Assembly: GCF_044704955.1 (NCBI RefSeq)
Contig: NC_091991.1
Span: 136,028,001 to 136,092,000 of the forward strand
DNA length: 64,000 nt
Reading direction: 5' to 3'
Origin: Pristiophorus japonicus
Taxonomy: Eukaryota
Positions 38,085 through 50,924 of the stretch are shown here, in pieces (within the stretch, counting starts at the first letter, position 1; each line of letters begins with the position of its first letter). A program made the translations under genes and the position numbers. Below the pieces are notes generated by a model, which saw only the letters and a program-made list of their open reading frames with translations, ran no database searches and was not told the DNA's origin.

Positions 38085-41000
38085 GAAACATAGAAACATA
38101 GAAAATAGGTGCAGGAGCAGGCCATTTGGCCCTTCGAGCCTGCACCGCCATTCAATGAGTTCATGGCTGAACATGCAACTTCAGTACCCCATTCCTGCTT
38201 TCTCGCCATACCCCTTGATCCCCCTAGTAGTAAGGACTACATCTAACTCCTTTTTGAATATATTTACTGAATTGGCCTCAACAACTTTCTGTGGTAGAGA
38301 ATTCCACAGGTTCACCACTCTCTGGGTGAAGAAGTTTCTCCTCATCTCGGTCCTAAATGGCTTACCCCTTATCCTTAGACTGTGACCCCTGTTCTGGACT
38401 TCCCCAACATTGGGAACATTCTTCCTGCAGCTACCCTGTCTAAACCCGTCAGAATTTTAAACGTTTCTATGAGATCCCCTCTCACTCTTCTGAACTCCAG
38501 TGAATACAAGCCCAGTTGATCCAGTCTTTCTTGATATGTCAGTCCCGCCATCCCGGGAATCAGTCTGGTGAACCTTTGCTGCACTCCCTCAATAGCAAGA
38601 ATGTCCTTCCTCAAGTTAGGAGACCAAAGTTGTACACAATACTCCAGGTGTGGCCTCACCAAGGCCCTGTACAACTGTAGTAACACCTCCCTGCCCCTGT
38701 ACTCAAATCCCCTCACTATGAAGGCCAACATGCCATTTGTTTTCTTAACCGCCTGCTGTACCTGCATGCCAACCTTCAATGACTGATGTACCATGACACC
38801 CAGGTCTTGTTGCACCTCCCCTTTTCCTAATCTGTCACCATTCAAATAATAGTCTGTCTCTCTGTTTTTACCACCAAAGTGGATAACCTCACATTATCTA
38901 CATTATACTTCATCTGCCATGCATTTGCCCACTCACCTAACCTATCCAAGTCACTCTGCAGCCTCATAGCATCCTCCTCGCAGCTCACACTGCCACCCAA
39001 TTGAGTGTCATCTGAAAATTTGGAGATACTACATTTAATCCCCTCGTCTAAATCATTAATGTACAATGTAAACAGCTGGGGCCCCAGCACAGAACCTTGC
39101 GGTACCCCACTAGTCATTGCCTGTCATTCTGAAAAGTACCCATTTACTCCTACTCTTTGCTTCCTGTCTGCCAACCAGTTCTCAATCCACGTCAGCACAC
39201 TACCCCCAATCCCATGTGCTTTAACTTTGCACATTAATCTCTTGTGTGGGACCTTGTCGAAAGCCTTCTGAAAGGCCAAATACACCACATCAACTGGTTC
39301 TCCCTTGTCCACTCTTCTGGAAACATCCTCAAAAAATCCCAGATTTGTCAAGTATGATTTGCCTTTTACAAATCCATGCTGTCTTGGACATATCATGTCA
39401 CCTCTTTCCAAATGCGCTGCTATGACATCCTTAATAATTGATTCCATCATTTTACCCACTACCGATGTCAGGCTGACCGGTCTATAATTCCCTGTTTTCT
39501 CTCTCCCTCCTTTTTTAAAAAGTGGGGTTACATTGGCTACCCTCCACTCCATAGGAACTGATCCAGAGTCTATGGAATGTTGGAAAATGACTGTCAATGC
39601 ATCCGCTATTTACAAGTACTCTGGGATGCAGTCCATCAGGCCCTGGGGATTTATGGGCCTTCAATCCCATCAATTTCCCCAAGACAATTTCCCGACTAAT
39701 AAGGATTTCCCTTATTTCCTCCTTCTTACTGGACCCTCTGACCCCTTTTATATCCGGAAGGTTGCTTGTGTCCTCCTTAGTGAATACCGAACCAAAGTAC
39801 TTGTTCAATTGGTCAGCCATTTCTTTGTTCCCGTTATGACATCCCCTGATTCTGACTACAGGGGACCTATGTTTGTCTTTACTAACCTTTTTCTCTTTAC
39901 ATATCTATAGAAGCTTTTGCAGTCCGTCTTAATGTTCCCTGCAAGCTTCCTCTCGTACTCTATTTTCCCTGCCCTAATCAAACCCTTTGTCCTCCTCTGC
40001 TGAGTTCTAAATTTCTCCCCGTCCCCAGGTTCACTGCTATTTCTGGCCAATTTGTATGCCACTTCCTTGGCTTTAATACTATACCTGATTTCCCTTGATA
40101 GTCACGGTTGAGCCACCTTCCCTTTTTTATTTTTACGCCAGACAGGAATGTACAATTGTTGTTGTTCATCCATGCGGTCTCTAAATGTCTGCCATTGCCC
40201 ATCCACTGTCAACCCCTTAAGTATCATTCGCCAATCTATCCTAGCCAGTTCACGCCTCATACCTTCAAAGTTACCCTTCTTTAAGTTCTGGACCATGGTC
40301 TCTGAATGAACTATTTCATTCTCCATCCTAATGTAGAATTCCACCATATTATGGTCACTCTTCCCCAAGGGGACAACGAGATTGCTAATTAATCCTCTCT
40401 CATTACACAATACCCAGTCTAAGATGGCCTCCCCCCTAGTTGGTTCCTCGACATATTGGTCTAGAAAACCATCCCTTATGCACTCCAGGAAATCCTCCTC
40501 CACCATATTGCTTCCAATTTGGTTAGCCCAATCTATATGCATATTAAAGTCATCCATGATAACTCCTGCACCTTTATTGCAGGCACCCCTAATTTCCTGT
40601 TTGATGCCCTCCCCAACATCACTACTACTGTTTGGAGGCCTGTACACAACTCCCACTAACGTTTTTTGCCCTTTGGTGCTCTGCAGCTCTACCCATATAG
40701 ATTCCACATCATCCAAGCTAATGTCCTTCCTAACTATTGCATTAATCTCCTCTTTAGCAATGGTACCCCACCTCCTTTTCCTTTTATTCTATCCTTCCTG
40801 AATGTTGAATACCTTTGGATGTTGAGTTCCCAGCCCTGATCATCCTGGAGCCACGTCTCTGTAATCCCAATCACATCATATCTGTTAACATCTATTTGCA
40901 TAGTTAATTCATCCACCTTATTACGATACTCCTTGCATTAAGACACAAAGCCTTCAGGCTTGTTTTTTTAACACCCGTTGTCCTTTTAGAATTATGATGT

Positions 41001-42180
41001 GTGGCCCTTTTTGTTTCTTGCCTTTGTTTACACGGCCTTCCACTATTGCTTTTTACCTTTCTATCATCTGTTTCTGACTCCATATTACTTCGTCCTGTCT
41101 CGCTGCATAGGTTCCCACCCCCCTGCCATATTAGGTTAAACACTCCCGAACTGCATTAGCAAATGTTACCTCTAGGACATCAGTTCCAGTCCTGCCCAAG
41201 TGCGGACCATCCCTTTTGTACAGGTCCCACTTCCTCCAGAACTGGTTCCAATGTCCCAGGAATTTGGATACCTCCCTCTTGCACCACTGCTCAAGCCACG
41301 TATTTATTCTAACTATCCTGCTCCCTCTACTCTGATTAGCATGTGGCACTGGTAGCAATCCAGAGATTACTACCTTTGAGGTCGTAGTTTTTAATTTAAC
41401 TCCCAGCTCCCTAAATTCAGCTTGTAGGACCTCTTCCCGCTTCTTACCTATATCGTTGGTACCTACATGTACCACAATAACTGGCTGTTCACCCTCCCTC
41501 TCCAGAATGCTCTGCAGCCGCTCCGAGACATCCTTGACCCTTGCACCAGGGAGGCAACGTACTATCCTGGAGTCTCGGTTGCCGCCGCAGAAAATCCTAT
41601 CTATTCCCCTTAAAATAGAGTCCCCTATCACTATAGTTCTCCCACTCTTTTTCCTGCCCTTCTAGAGCCACCCATGGTGCCATGAACCTGGCTGCTGGTG
41701 CCTTCCCCTGGGGACTCCTGCACTACCTTCCTCTCTTGCCTTGTCTCTTGGTCACCCATTCACTATCTGTCCTAAACCTTACCTGCGGTGTGACCAACTC
41801 ACTAAATGTGCTATCCACAACATTCTCAGCATCGCGCATGCTCCAGAGTGAGTCCATCCGCAGCTCCAGTGCCGTCATGCGGTCTGTCAGGAGCTGCAGC
41901 TGGACACACTTCCTGCACAGATAATAGTCAGGGACACTGGAAGTGTCCCTGATTTCCCACATAGCACAGGAGGAGCATGACTCGGGTCCGAGCTCTCCTG
42001 CCATGACTTGACCCTTAAATTAATTTACTTACTAAAATTTACTTTAACACCAAACAGCTACATAGTAATTCGCTGCTAATTAAACCAATCTAAAAGTCAG
42101 TCTAAAAGAGAGTTATACTTACCAGTCGAACAGCCAACCATTTACCAGCTTGGCTGTGACGTCACCTCTTGATTTCGCAC
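38085..42180 (-). mobile_element. Near full-length CR1 LINE (ORF1 zinc-finger/coiled coil plus SGNH esterase; ORF2 endonuclease plus RT), inactivated by frameshifts
   Basis: ORF1 CSSCAMW...CRKC and IGDSILR...HVGTNDI; ORF2 LCLNARSI, ITETWL, GVVYRPP, SDHN, NYRPVSLTS, SGVPQGSVLGP, FSDD; (GAAACATA)n tail. Confidence 0.96.
41131..42004 (-). pseudogene. CR1 ORF1 (C4 zinc finger plus SGNH/GDSL esterase domain), disrupted
   Basis: ORFs 41723..42004 and 41131..41631; GDS, G.ND and D..H(L) blocks of the SGNH fold. Confidence 0.88.
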
Positions 42181-43494
42181 CTCTCTATCTTTGTCTGCAG
42201 TTGGTTGGGCTGCACCCAGGCTCTCCCATGACTCCCTCAATTTGCCTATGGAGGGAGTCACAGCATACAGGGTGGTTCTTCTCCCTTCCCATGAGCGGAA
42301 GAAACCTACCCAGGAGACCAATGCAGCCTAGATGCAGACGAGGGCACAAGCAGGCATATGGGTGGGAGGACCTGGGTGCAGTGGCACAAACCTTTCAATG
42401 ATCTCAGTAAATCACAAAACATTAGCACAGAGACACACTCAACCTCATCCTGCTATGCCTCTCATCACATCCCCATCACTCTGCCTTCCTTACCCTACTC
42501 CTGCACATCCTTACGCACACCAACTTACCTTGCACCTCCACCCATCTTTTTCCATCTACATTATCACATTCCCATCTCACTAGCCACCCCTCACACTCAC
42601 CCTCATCCTAATTCAATTATACTACCAACAACACACAAGGGTAGGCACTTGGGTGTTTTATCCAATGTTCATGTAAAGTTTCTATTAATATGGTGTCAAA
42701 CATTGAAATCTTTATTTTCAACACTTTGCATTCTTGGACAGATTTGTGTGCATCTTGCAGTGAACGGTGAGACATAACATTACGCCCTGCAATGGTGATG
42801 AGTGTGAAAGGAATGGCTTGGGCATTATAGGGAGGTTTTATGGTGTTGGAGTGGTGCCAACCTAGCGCATCATGTGGTAGCCAGGGTGTACAGTGTCAAG
42901 TGAATGTTAATCTGGCCATGGTGAGGCCATCCTTGGCCTCGCAACCAGCAATGTTGGGTGCTAATGCCCTGTGTCCTGTGCAGCATCAGTTGATTGTGGA
43001 AAAGGTTGGTGGTGGTGTTGGTGCTGCTGGTGTGCCTGGTGCTGCTGGTGTGCCTAGTGATGCTGGTGTTCGGGCTGATTGTGGTGGTGTTCTGAGGACC
43101 AAGGTGAGAGAGTATCAAGTACACCAATGCTGACGTAATAGATGGCAGGTGAAGTAGAGATAGAAGCAATTTGTTAATGGTGGAGAGGTCAGACTGGATG
43201 GAGACTTGTGTAAACACTTGCAGCATTCTGAATCTGTAGTGGAAATGCAGTTTAGAGAAGCTAGTGGCTAAGGGAACATTTCTTAATCAGCTGGGAACTT
43301 TGACTTGACATTTGAAGCTGTCAACTCATCAGCCGAAACAATGGTCAGTGACCTCCCGCCTCAGCTTTACAGATGAGGTCTAGACACAGCGGGAAACTGG
43401 TGGATGACCTGTCAAATTCACAAGGCTGGGAAAAAAGCATTGTTAAGTGGCTTTAAACAATCCACTAATAATTTTAATTGCTTCCCCTGCCGCT

Positions 43495-44825
43495 ATAGAA
43501 ACATAGAAACATAGAAAATAGGTGCACGAGTAGGCCATTCGGCCCTTCGAGCCTGCACCGCCATTCAATGAGTTCATGGCTGAACATGCAACTTCAGTAC
43601 CCCATTCCTGCTTTCTCGCCATACCCCTTGATCCCCCTTGTAGTAAGGACTACATCTAACTCCTTTTTGAATATATTTACTAAATTGGCCTCAACAACTT
43701 TCTGTGGCCGAGAATTCCACAGGTTCACCACTCTCTGGCTGAAGAAGTTTTTCCTCATCTCGGTCCTAAATGGCTTACCCCTTATCCTTAGACTGTGACC
43801 CCTGGATCTGGACTTCTCCAACATTGGGAACATTCTTCCTGCATCTACCCTGTCTAAACCCGTCAGAATTTTAAATGTTTCTATGAGATCCCCTCTCATT
43901 CGTCTGAACTCCAGTGAATACAAGCCCAGTTGATCCAGTCTTTCTTGATATGTCAGTCCCGCCATCCCGGGAATCAGTCTGGTGAACCTTCGCTGCACTC
44001 CCTCAATAGCAAGAACGTCCTTCCTCAAGTTAGGAGACCAAAACTGTACACAATACTCCAGGTGTGGCCTCACCAAGGCCCTGTACAACTGTAGTAACAC
44101 CTCCCTGCCCCTGTACTCAAATCCCCTTGCTATGAAGGCCAACATGCCATTTGCTTTCTTAACCACCTGCTGTACCTGCATGCCAGCCTTCAATGACTGA
44201 TGTACCATGACACCCAGGTCTTGTTGCACCTCCCCTTTTCCTAATCTGTCACCATTCAAATAATAGTCTGTCTCTCTGTTTTTACCACCAAAGTGGATAA
44301 CCTCACATTTATCCACATTATACTTCATCTGCCATGCATTTGCCCACTCACCTAACCTATCCAAGTCACTCTGCAGCCTCATAGCATCCTCCTTGCAGCT
44401 CATACTGCCACCCAACTTAGTGTCATCTGCAAATTTGGAGATACTAGATTTAATCCCTTCGTCTAAATCATTAATGTACAATGTAAACAGCTGGGGTCCC
44501 AGCACAGAACCTTGCGGTACCCCACTAGTCACTGCCTGCCATTCTGAAAAGTACCCATTTACTCCTACTCTTTGCTTCCTGTCTGCCAACCCGTTCTCAA
44601 TCCACGTCAGCACACTACCCCCAATCCCATGTGCTTTAACTTCGCACATTAATCTCTTGTGTGGGACTTTGTCGAAAGCCTCTCATTCGTCTGAACTCCA
44701 GTGAATACAAGCCCAGGTGATCCAGTCTTTCTTGATATGTCTATCCCGCCATACCGGGAATCAGTCTGGTGAACCTTCGCTGCACTCCCTCAATAGCAAG
44801 AACGTCCTTCCTCAAGTTAGGAGAC
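43495..44825 (-). mobile_element. Young CR1 LINE, 5'-truncated, with a duplicated internal 145-bp piece at its 5' junction
   Basis: Open 351-aa RT fragment (43594..44649); 44679-44825 repeats 43892-44038. Confidence 0.95.
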
Positions 44826-45060
44826 TTGGGTCTGCTTAGCGCTGGCAGACCCGACATTTGGGAAAGGCGTGACGTGGTGCTGACCCGCTGGGGAAAACGC
44901 ACACTTTCCCACCAGACCTGCCACCGATCGTGCCCGTTGACCCCCCACAAACTGCAGCCCTTCATTTTTATTTTGAGTTAAATTAACTTGCAATAGGTGC
45001 CAAAAAGAGAACAGTGGACCTGCAACATATAGTTTGATTAAGAGTCTGATCACTCCTTCC

Positions 45061-47440
45061 CAGTCTGGAATTTGTAGTCAGTGGAAAAGCGATAGCACTC
45101 TCCGTTGACCTCGAAGAAAGTTGCCCACAAAGATCTAGCGATCTCTGTGGTGTGAATTTCAGCTGTCCCAACCATTGTTTGAATCTGGTGCCAAATGTAG
45201 TGAATCCTAAGCATCCAGCAATAGTGATATCAGCAAGCTGGCTAAGCCAACCAATCACATTGAATAATTCTCACAGACAGCAAACATAGAAACATAGAAA
45301 CATAGAAACATAGAAAATAGGTGCAGGAGTAGGCCATTCGGCCCTTCTAGCCTGCACCGCCATTCAATGAGTTCATGGCTGAACATTCAACTTCAGTACC
45401 CCATTCCTGCTTTCTCGCCATACCCCTTGATCCCCCTAGTAGTAAGGACCTCATCTAACTCCTTTTTGAATATATTTAGTGAATTGGCCTCAACAACTTT
45501 CTGTGGTAGAGAATTCCACAGGTTCACCACTCTCTGGGTGAAGAAGTTCCTCCGCATCTCGGTCCTAAATGGCTTACCCCTTATCCTTAGACTGTGACCT
45601 CTGGTTCTGGACTTCCCCAACATTGGGAACATTCTTCCTGCATCTAACCTGTCTAACCCCGTCAGAATTTTAAATGTTTCTATGAGGTCCCCTCTCATTC
45701 TTCTGAACTCCAGTGAATACAAGCCCAGTTGATCCAGTCTTTCTTGATAGGTCAGTCCCGCCATCCCGGGAATCAGTCTGGTGAACCTTCGCTGCACTCC
45801 CTCAATAGCAAGAATGTCCTTCCTCAGGTTAGGAGACCAAAACTGTACACAATACTCCAGGTGTGGCCTCACCAAGGCCCTGTACAACTGTAGCAACACC
45901 TCCCTGCCCCTGTATTCAAATCCCCTCGCTATGAAGGCCAACATGCCATTTGCTTTCTTAACCGCCTGCTGCACCTGCATGCCAATCTTCAATGACTGAT
46001 GTACCATGACACCCAGGTCTCTTTGCACCTCCACTTTTCCTAATCTGTCACCATTCAGATAATAGTCTGTCTCTCTGTTTTTACCACCAAAGTGGATAAC
46101 CTCACATTTATCCACATTATACTTCATCTGCCATGCATTTGCCCACTCACCTAACCTATCCAAGTCGCTCTGCAGCCTCACAGCATCCTCCTTGCAGCTC
46201 ACACTGCCACCCAACTTAGTGTCATCCGCAAATTTGGAGATACTACATTTAATCCCCTCATCTAAATCATTAATGTACAGTGTAAACAGCTGGGGCCCCA
46301 GCACAGAACCTTGCGGTACCCCACTAGTCACTGCCTGCCATTCTGAAAAGTACCCATTTACTCCTACTCTTTGCTTCCTGTCTGACAACCAGTTCTCAAT
46401 CCATGTCAGTACACTACCCCCAATCCCATGTGCTCTAACTTTGCACATCAATCTCTTGTGTGGGACCTTGTCGAACGCCTTCTGAAAGTCCAAATATACC
46501 ACATCAACTGGTTCTCCCTTGTCCACTCTACTGGAAACATCCTCAAAAAATTCCAGAAGATTTGTCAAGCATGATTTCCCTTTCACAAATCCATGCTGAC
46601 TTGGACCTATCATGTCACCTCTTTCCAAATGCACTGCTATGACATCCTTAATAATTGATTCCATCATTTTACCCACTACCGATGTCAGGCTGACCGGTCT
46701 ATAATTCCCTGTTTTCTCTCTCCCTCCTTTTTTAAAAAGTGGGGTTACATTGGCTACCCTCCACTCCATAGGAACTGATCCAGAGTCAATGGAATGTTGG
46801 AAAATGACTGTCAACGCATCCACTATTTCCAAGGCCACCTCCTTAAGTACTCTGGGATGCAGTCCATCAGGCCCTGGGGATTTATCGGCCTTCAATCCCA
46901 TCAATTTCCCCAACACAATTTCCCGGCTAATAAGGATTTCCCTCAGTTCCTCCTCCTTACTAGGAAGTAAAATGCACAGATTATAATTTACTTTTTATAA
47001 ATTTTACAGAGAGCGAAATAAAGATTGAGACATGGACAAGGTTTAAGGTAGAAACTGAAATTTTGTAAACAGACTTGAAATAAACATTATATTTAAAAAC
47101 TTGTAATTCTTAATCATATAATGGAAACATATGAAATTAATTTTTCAGGGCGAGAATAGTTGTTCAGCAGTCAGTATGCCTTTAAAACCCCAGTTACACC
47201 TCTTTAAACAAGGTATAAAGTTGTAGTTTTTTTTTAACCGTGATATTCCATGGTGAAAGGAGAAGTTTTCATCAGTTCAACTGATTTCACTCTGGGGAGC
47301 AGGGAATGGCTGATTGCATCTTCAGGATTTCCGTGTTTAGATGGCACATACGTTAAATCCTGAATTTAGTCAGTTTCAATGGGGTAATAACGGTGAACGC
47401 TAACAGTTTCACCGTCATTACCCACAGCAAATTCTAGATC
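45061..47440. mobile_element. Putative non-autonomous TIR element hosting the CR1 at 45284-46961
   Basis: Degenerate termini GTCTGGAATTTGTAG and CAGCAAATTCTAGAT; sequence reads through the CR1 junction (CAGACAGCAAAC | TAGGAAGTAAAATGCAC). Confidence 0.4.
45284..46961 (-). mobile_element. Young CR1 LINE, 5'-truncated, with an uninterrupted 507-aa RT domain
   Basis: ORF 45393..46916 KSPGPDG...NYRPVSLTS...YLDFQKAFD...SGVPQGSVLGP...FADD...; tail of about four GAAACATA units. Confidence 0.97.
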
Positions 47441-47559
47441 AAATCGTAGGAGCGGTTTTTTCAAGTGGTCAAAGAACATTTAATCCTGCAGCCGTTTGTT
47501 ATTGCCGGAACAGTCTATGTTTAATCAGGGGAGGCGAAGGGATGATGACAATGTTTCTC

Positions 47560-48245
47560 AGTTTATGCTAGTTTAGGAAAACGTCCAAAACATGACTGGT
47601 GGTTCCCTTGATGCAATAAAGGAATGCTTTATTCGCGGTTTGAAGGAAACCCTGATACAGAGCAAACTGTTGGTAGAAGACAGACTCGCATCTGCTGGAG
47701 CTCTCGAAATAGCACTTGGGATGAAGACTGCTGTACACTTTGGAAGAGACGCATTTTCCTGCATATTCCATAAAAGTAAAAGGGGCAGTGCAAAATGGTG
47801 GTCCTGTCTGGACAGAAGGTATTAAATGTGAATTTCAGTTAGACACTGGGACTGTTATGTTGTCAAACGTATATGAGGAAAAGTTCCAGAAAATCACATT
47901 ACAAAAGAATACTACATTTTACTGAAATGTTATTCTGGATGCCCATTGCCAGTCCTTGGGAAAATAAACGTCCAAATAAAATACAAAAATCAGACAAAAC
48001 GATTTCTGTAATTGTAATTAAGGACAAAGGTCCCTCATTAATGGGTCCAAATTGTTTTTGTCGCCGAAAGTTAAACTGGGCCAATCCTAAGAAGGTCACC
48101 ACTCAAAGACCCGCGGACATATTCATGGAAGAATAAAATCCATACTCTGTCTGAAACTTGGTACGGCAAAGAATATCCAAGTATACCTTCATGTGAAGGA
48201 GGGGGTGAAGTCAACATTTTTGAAGCTCAGAGCAATTCCATGATG
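47560..48245 (+). mobile_element. Degenerate Ty3/Gypsy gag-protease fragment
   Basis: gag-like DAIKECFIRGLKETLIQSKLL...ALEIA; protease FQLDTG; VIVIKDKGPSLMG...KLNW. Confidence 0.75.
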
Positions 48246-48541
48246 GTTTCTGAAAGTGAAAGCACTGAGACCAGCTATGGTTACTTTTTTCTATTATGTC
48301 ATTGTAAGATGCAGTTGCTATATTTATTTACTTAATGGTTTTTTAGCTGATACTAAGGCTCATTCTTGGAGAAAATTATTTTCTACCTTGTAATTCTGAG
48401 GGGAGAAGGTGGTACATTTGGTATTTGCATATCGTTAACTGAACACTACATGGTGCCATGATGGGAGTAAGCACATTGTTGCTTCTGTTGTATACCTTTT
48501 GTTATGCTTTGAAGCAATATTCTGGAGGGTCTGGAAATAAT

Positions 48542-50311
48542 TGGCCCAAGTTTCGGGCCGCGCCTAAAACGACGCAGCCCAGACCTGGACGCCCGTTTTT
48601 CGTGCCAGAAAGTGCGCCGAAAGAAAACGTACCTATTCTCCGGCTCCCTACAGGTCCTCTGGAGCTGGGCGCGGCGCATTACGAGCTGTAGGGGGCGGAG
48701 CCAGGTCCCTGTGCTGAAAACAGTGCCGGGACCTCTGCACATGCGCGTTACAGTGGGCGCACATGTGCAGTCGCTCCAGGCACCCAAAACTGTGTGGGAG
48801 GGGCCCGAAGAACGTAGCCCCGAGCCCTGGCCGAATGGCCTCACTGGGGCTGCGTGCATAAGGCTCCTCCCACCCTACCGGACCCGACCCGACCCCCGCT
48901 CTCCCCACCCCGCCCCCCCCCGGACCTCCGCGACTCTCCCACCCCCCCCCCCCCCATGGCGACTCTCCCCTGCCCCGGACCTCCGCGACCCTCCAAGCCC
49001 CCCCTCCGGACCTCCGCGAACCCCCACCCCCCCGAGACCTGACGCCACCTACCTGTAAATCCAGCCCGAGGTCTTGGGCCCGGCCGTTCAGCCTCCTTCT
49101 CTCCCTTCCCCCCCCTCTCTCCTTCCCTCCCCCCTCTCTCCTTCCCTNNNNNNNNNNNNNNNNNNNNNNNNNNNNNNNNNNNNNNNNNNNNNNNNNNNNN
49201 NNNNNNNNNNNNNNNNNNNNNNNNNNNNNNNNNNNNNNNNNNNNNNNNNNNNNNNNNNNNNNNNNNNNNNNNNNNNNNNNNNNNNNNNNNNNNNNNNNNN
49301 NNNNNNNNNNNNNNNNNNNNNNNNNNNNNNNNNNNNNNNNNNNNNNNNNNNNNNNNNNNNNNNNNNNNNNNNNNNNNNNNNNNNNNNNNNNNNNNNNNNN
49401 NNNNNNNNNNNNNNNNNNNNNNNNNNNNNNNNNNNNNNNNNNNNNNNNNNNNNNNNNNNNNNNNNNNNNNNNNNNNNNNNNNNNNNNNNNNNNNNNNNNN
49501 NNNNNNNNNNNNNNNNNNNNNNNNNNNNNNNNNNNNNNNNNNNNNNNNNNNNNNNNNNNNNNNNNNNNNNNNNNNNNNNNNNNNNNNNNNNNNNNNNNNN
49601 NNNNNNNNNNNNNNNNNNNNNNNNNNNNNNNNNNNNNNNNNNNNNNNNNNNNNNNNNNNNNNNNNNNNNNNNNNNNNNNNNNNNNNNNNNNNNNNNNNNN
49701 NNNNNNNNNNNNNNNNAGAAACACAGACACTGACAGACAGAGAGATAGAGACACTGATAGAGACACACTGGGGGGGCCGTCTCAGCACGCTGTTGGAGGA
49801 CTCCCGGTGCTGCAGTCGGTAAGTAGAAAATGTTTTATTTATTGATTAAAAAAAAAAAAAATTTTTTATTCATTTATTTTGATTGATTTATTGGTTGATT
49901 TATTGATGTATTTATCATTTATTATTGATGATGGCTCTTTATTTGTAAAACTGAAGTGTTTAATGTTTGTAAACTTCCCTTTAAACTCCCCCCCCCCATT
50001 CCCTACGCTTAATTTGTAACCTACGCCTGATTTTCTAAAGTGTAGACAAAGATTTTTCGAACGTACAAAAATCTTCACTAACTCCATTCTAAGTTAGTTT
50101 GGAGTAAGTTTTCACTGCCTAAACTTTGAAAACAGGCGTAAGTAGCAGGACACGCCCCCTTTTGAAAAAAAAATTCTGTTCCAAAGTGAAACTGTTCTAA
50201 CTGACTAGAACTGGAGCAAACTAAATGCCGAGAATTCAAATTTCTAAGATACTCCATTCTAAACCAGTTGCTCCAAAAAAACAGGAGCAACTCAGGCCGA
50301 AACTTGGCCCC
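48542..50311. mobile_element. Harbinger-type non-autonomous element with a low-complexity C-rich core (spans the assembly gap)
   Basis: TIRs GGCCCAAGTTTCGG and CCGAAACTTGGCCC; CpG-rich, indicating a young insertion. Confidence 0.8.
49148..49716. other. Assembly gap (N run) flanked by CT/GA microsatellite
   Basis: Run of N bases. Confidence 0.99.
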
Positions 50312-50924
50312 AATGAGTGGAGAAGATCGGATTTCTAGCTGAGCATCTTAAAGTGGTGTCTCTTCTGAACCTCTCAAAGGACATTTGAACACATCTAGAT
50401 TTGGGTTGTTTTTAAGTTAGTGGCAAAGGCTTTAGATTAATCTGTGCTAACATGTTAAGCATGGTTAGGAAAATGATTAATACATGGTTCAAGAGAATGG
50501 TTAATAATTCTATTCTCTGCTGACCTTTCAGCTGTAATTGGTTTCTATCAATTAAAAATGGATAGTAATCTTTAAGTCAAGAGGAAAATACAAATATATT
50601 TATGAAAACAAATGTACTTACATAATTTTATTGACCTATGTCCAGCTGTTGTATATCATTTACATATTATGTCGAGCTGAAGTCCATTGTTTTGCATACT
50701 GATGTTATGGCGGATCTGAGAAATAGTGCAGAAGTTAACATTTCCAGATCATGATTCTTGTTTCTTAAAGTGACTTTATAATGTGCCATTTACTTACTTA
50801 TGGAAAAAGAATACAATCTACTACATTCAGTTCATTGTTCTTTAATTCAAACGATCTGATGATTAAAAATGTTAGCATTAAATTCCCACTTTTCCGTGTT
50901 AACAGAATGTATTCAAAATAGTTT

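Larger units (their letters stand above)
37798..44960 (+). mobile_element. Harbinger-derived element with Myb/SANT remnant, hosting two CR1 insertions
   Basis: Termini GGGCTGGATTTTATG and CACAAACTGCAGCCC; + strand AAPRLSHDSL..MEGV....VLLP...ETNAA* then RTWVQWHKPFNDL at 42208-42415. Confidence 0.7.

Noticed and set aside
42870-43226. Thr/Ser-rich ORF as a mucin-like gene
   Set aside because: It arises from short GGTGCTGCTGGTGTGCCT repeats within a transposon body, with no exon support.
45284-45320. Short direct-repeat array (GAAACATA)n as CRISPR-like
   Set aside because: There are no spacers; it is the tandem 3' tail of CR1 in a eukaryotic genome.
48648-49788. Long ORFs of 219-372 aa
   Set aside because: They are artefacts of the N gap and low-complexity flanks.
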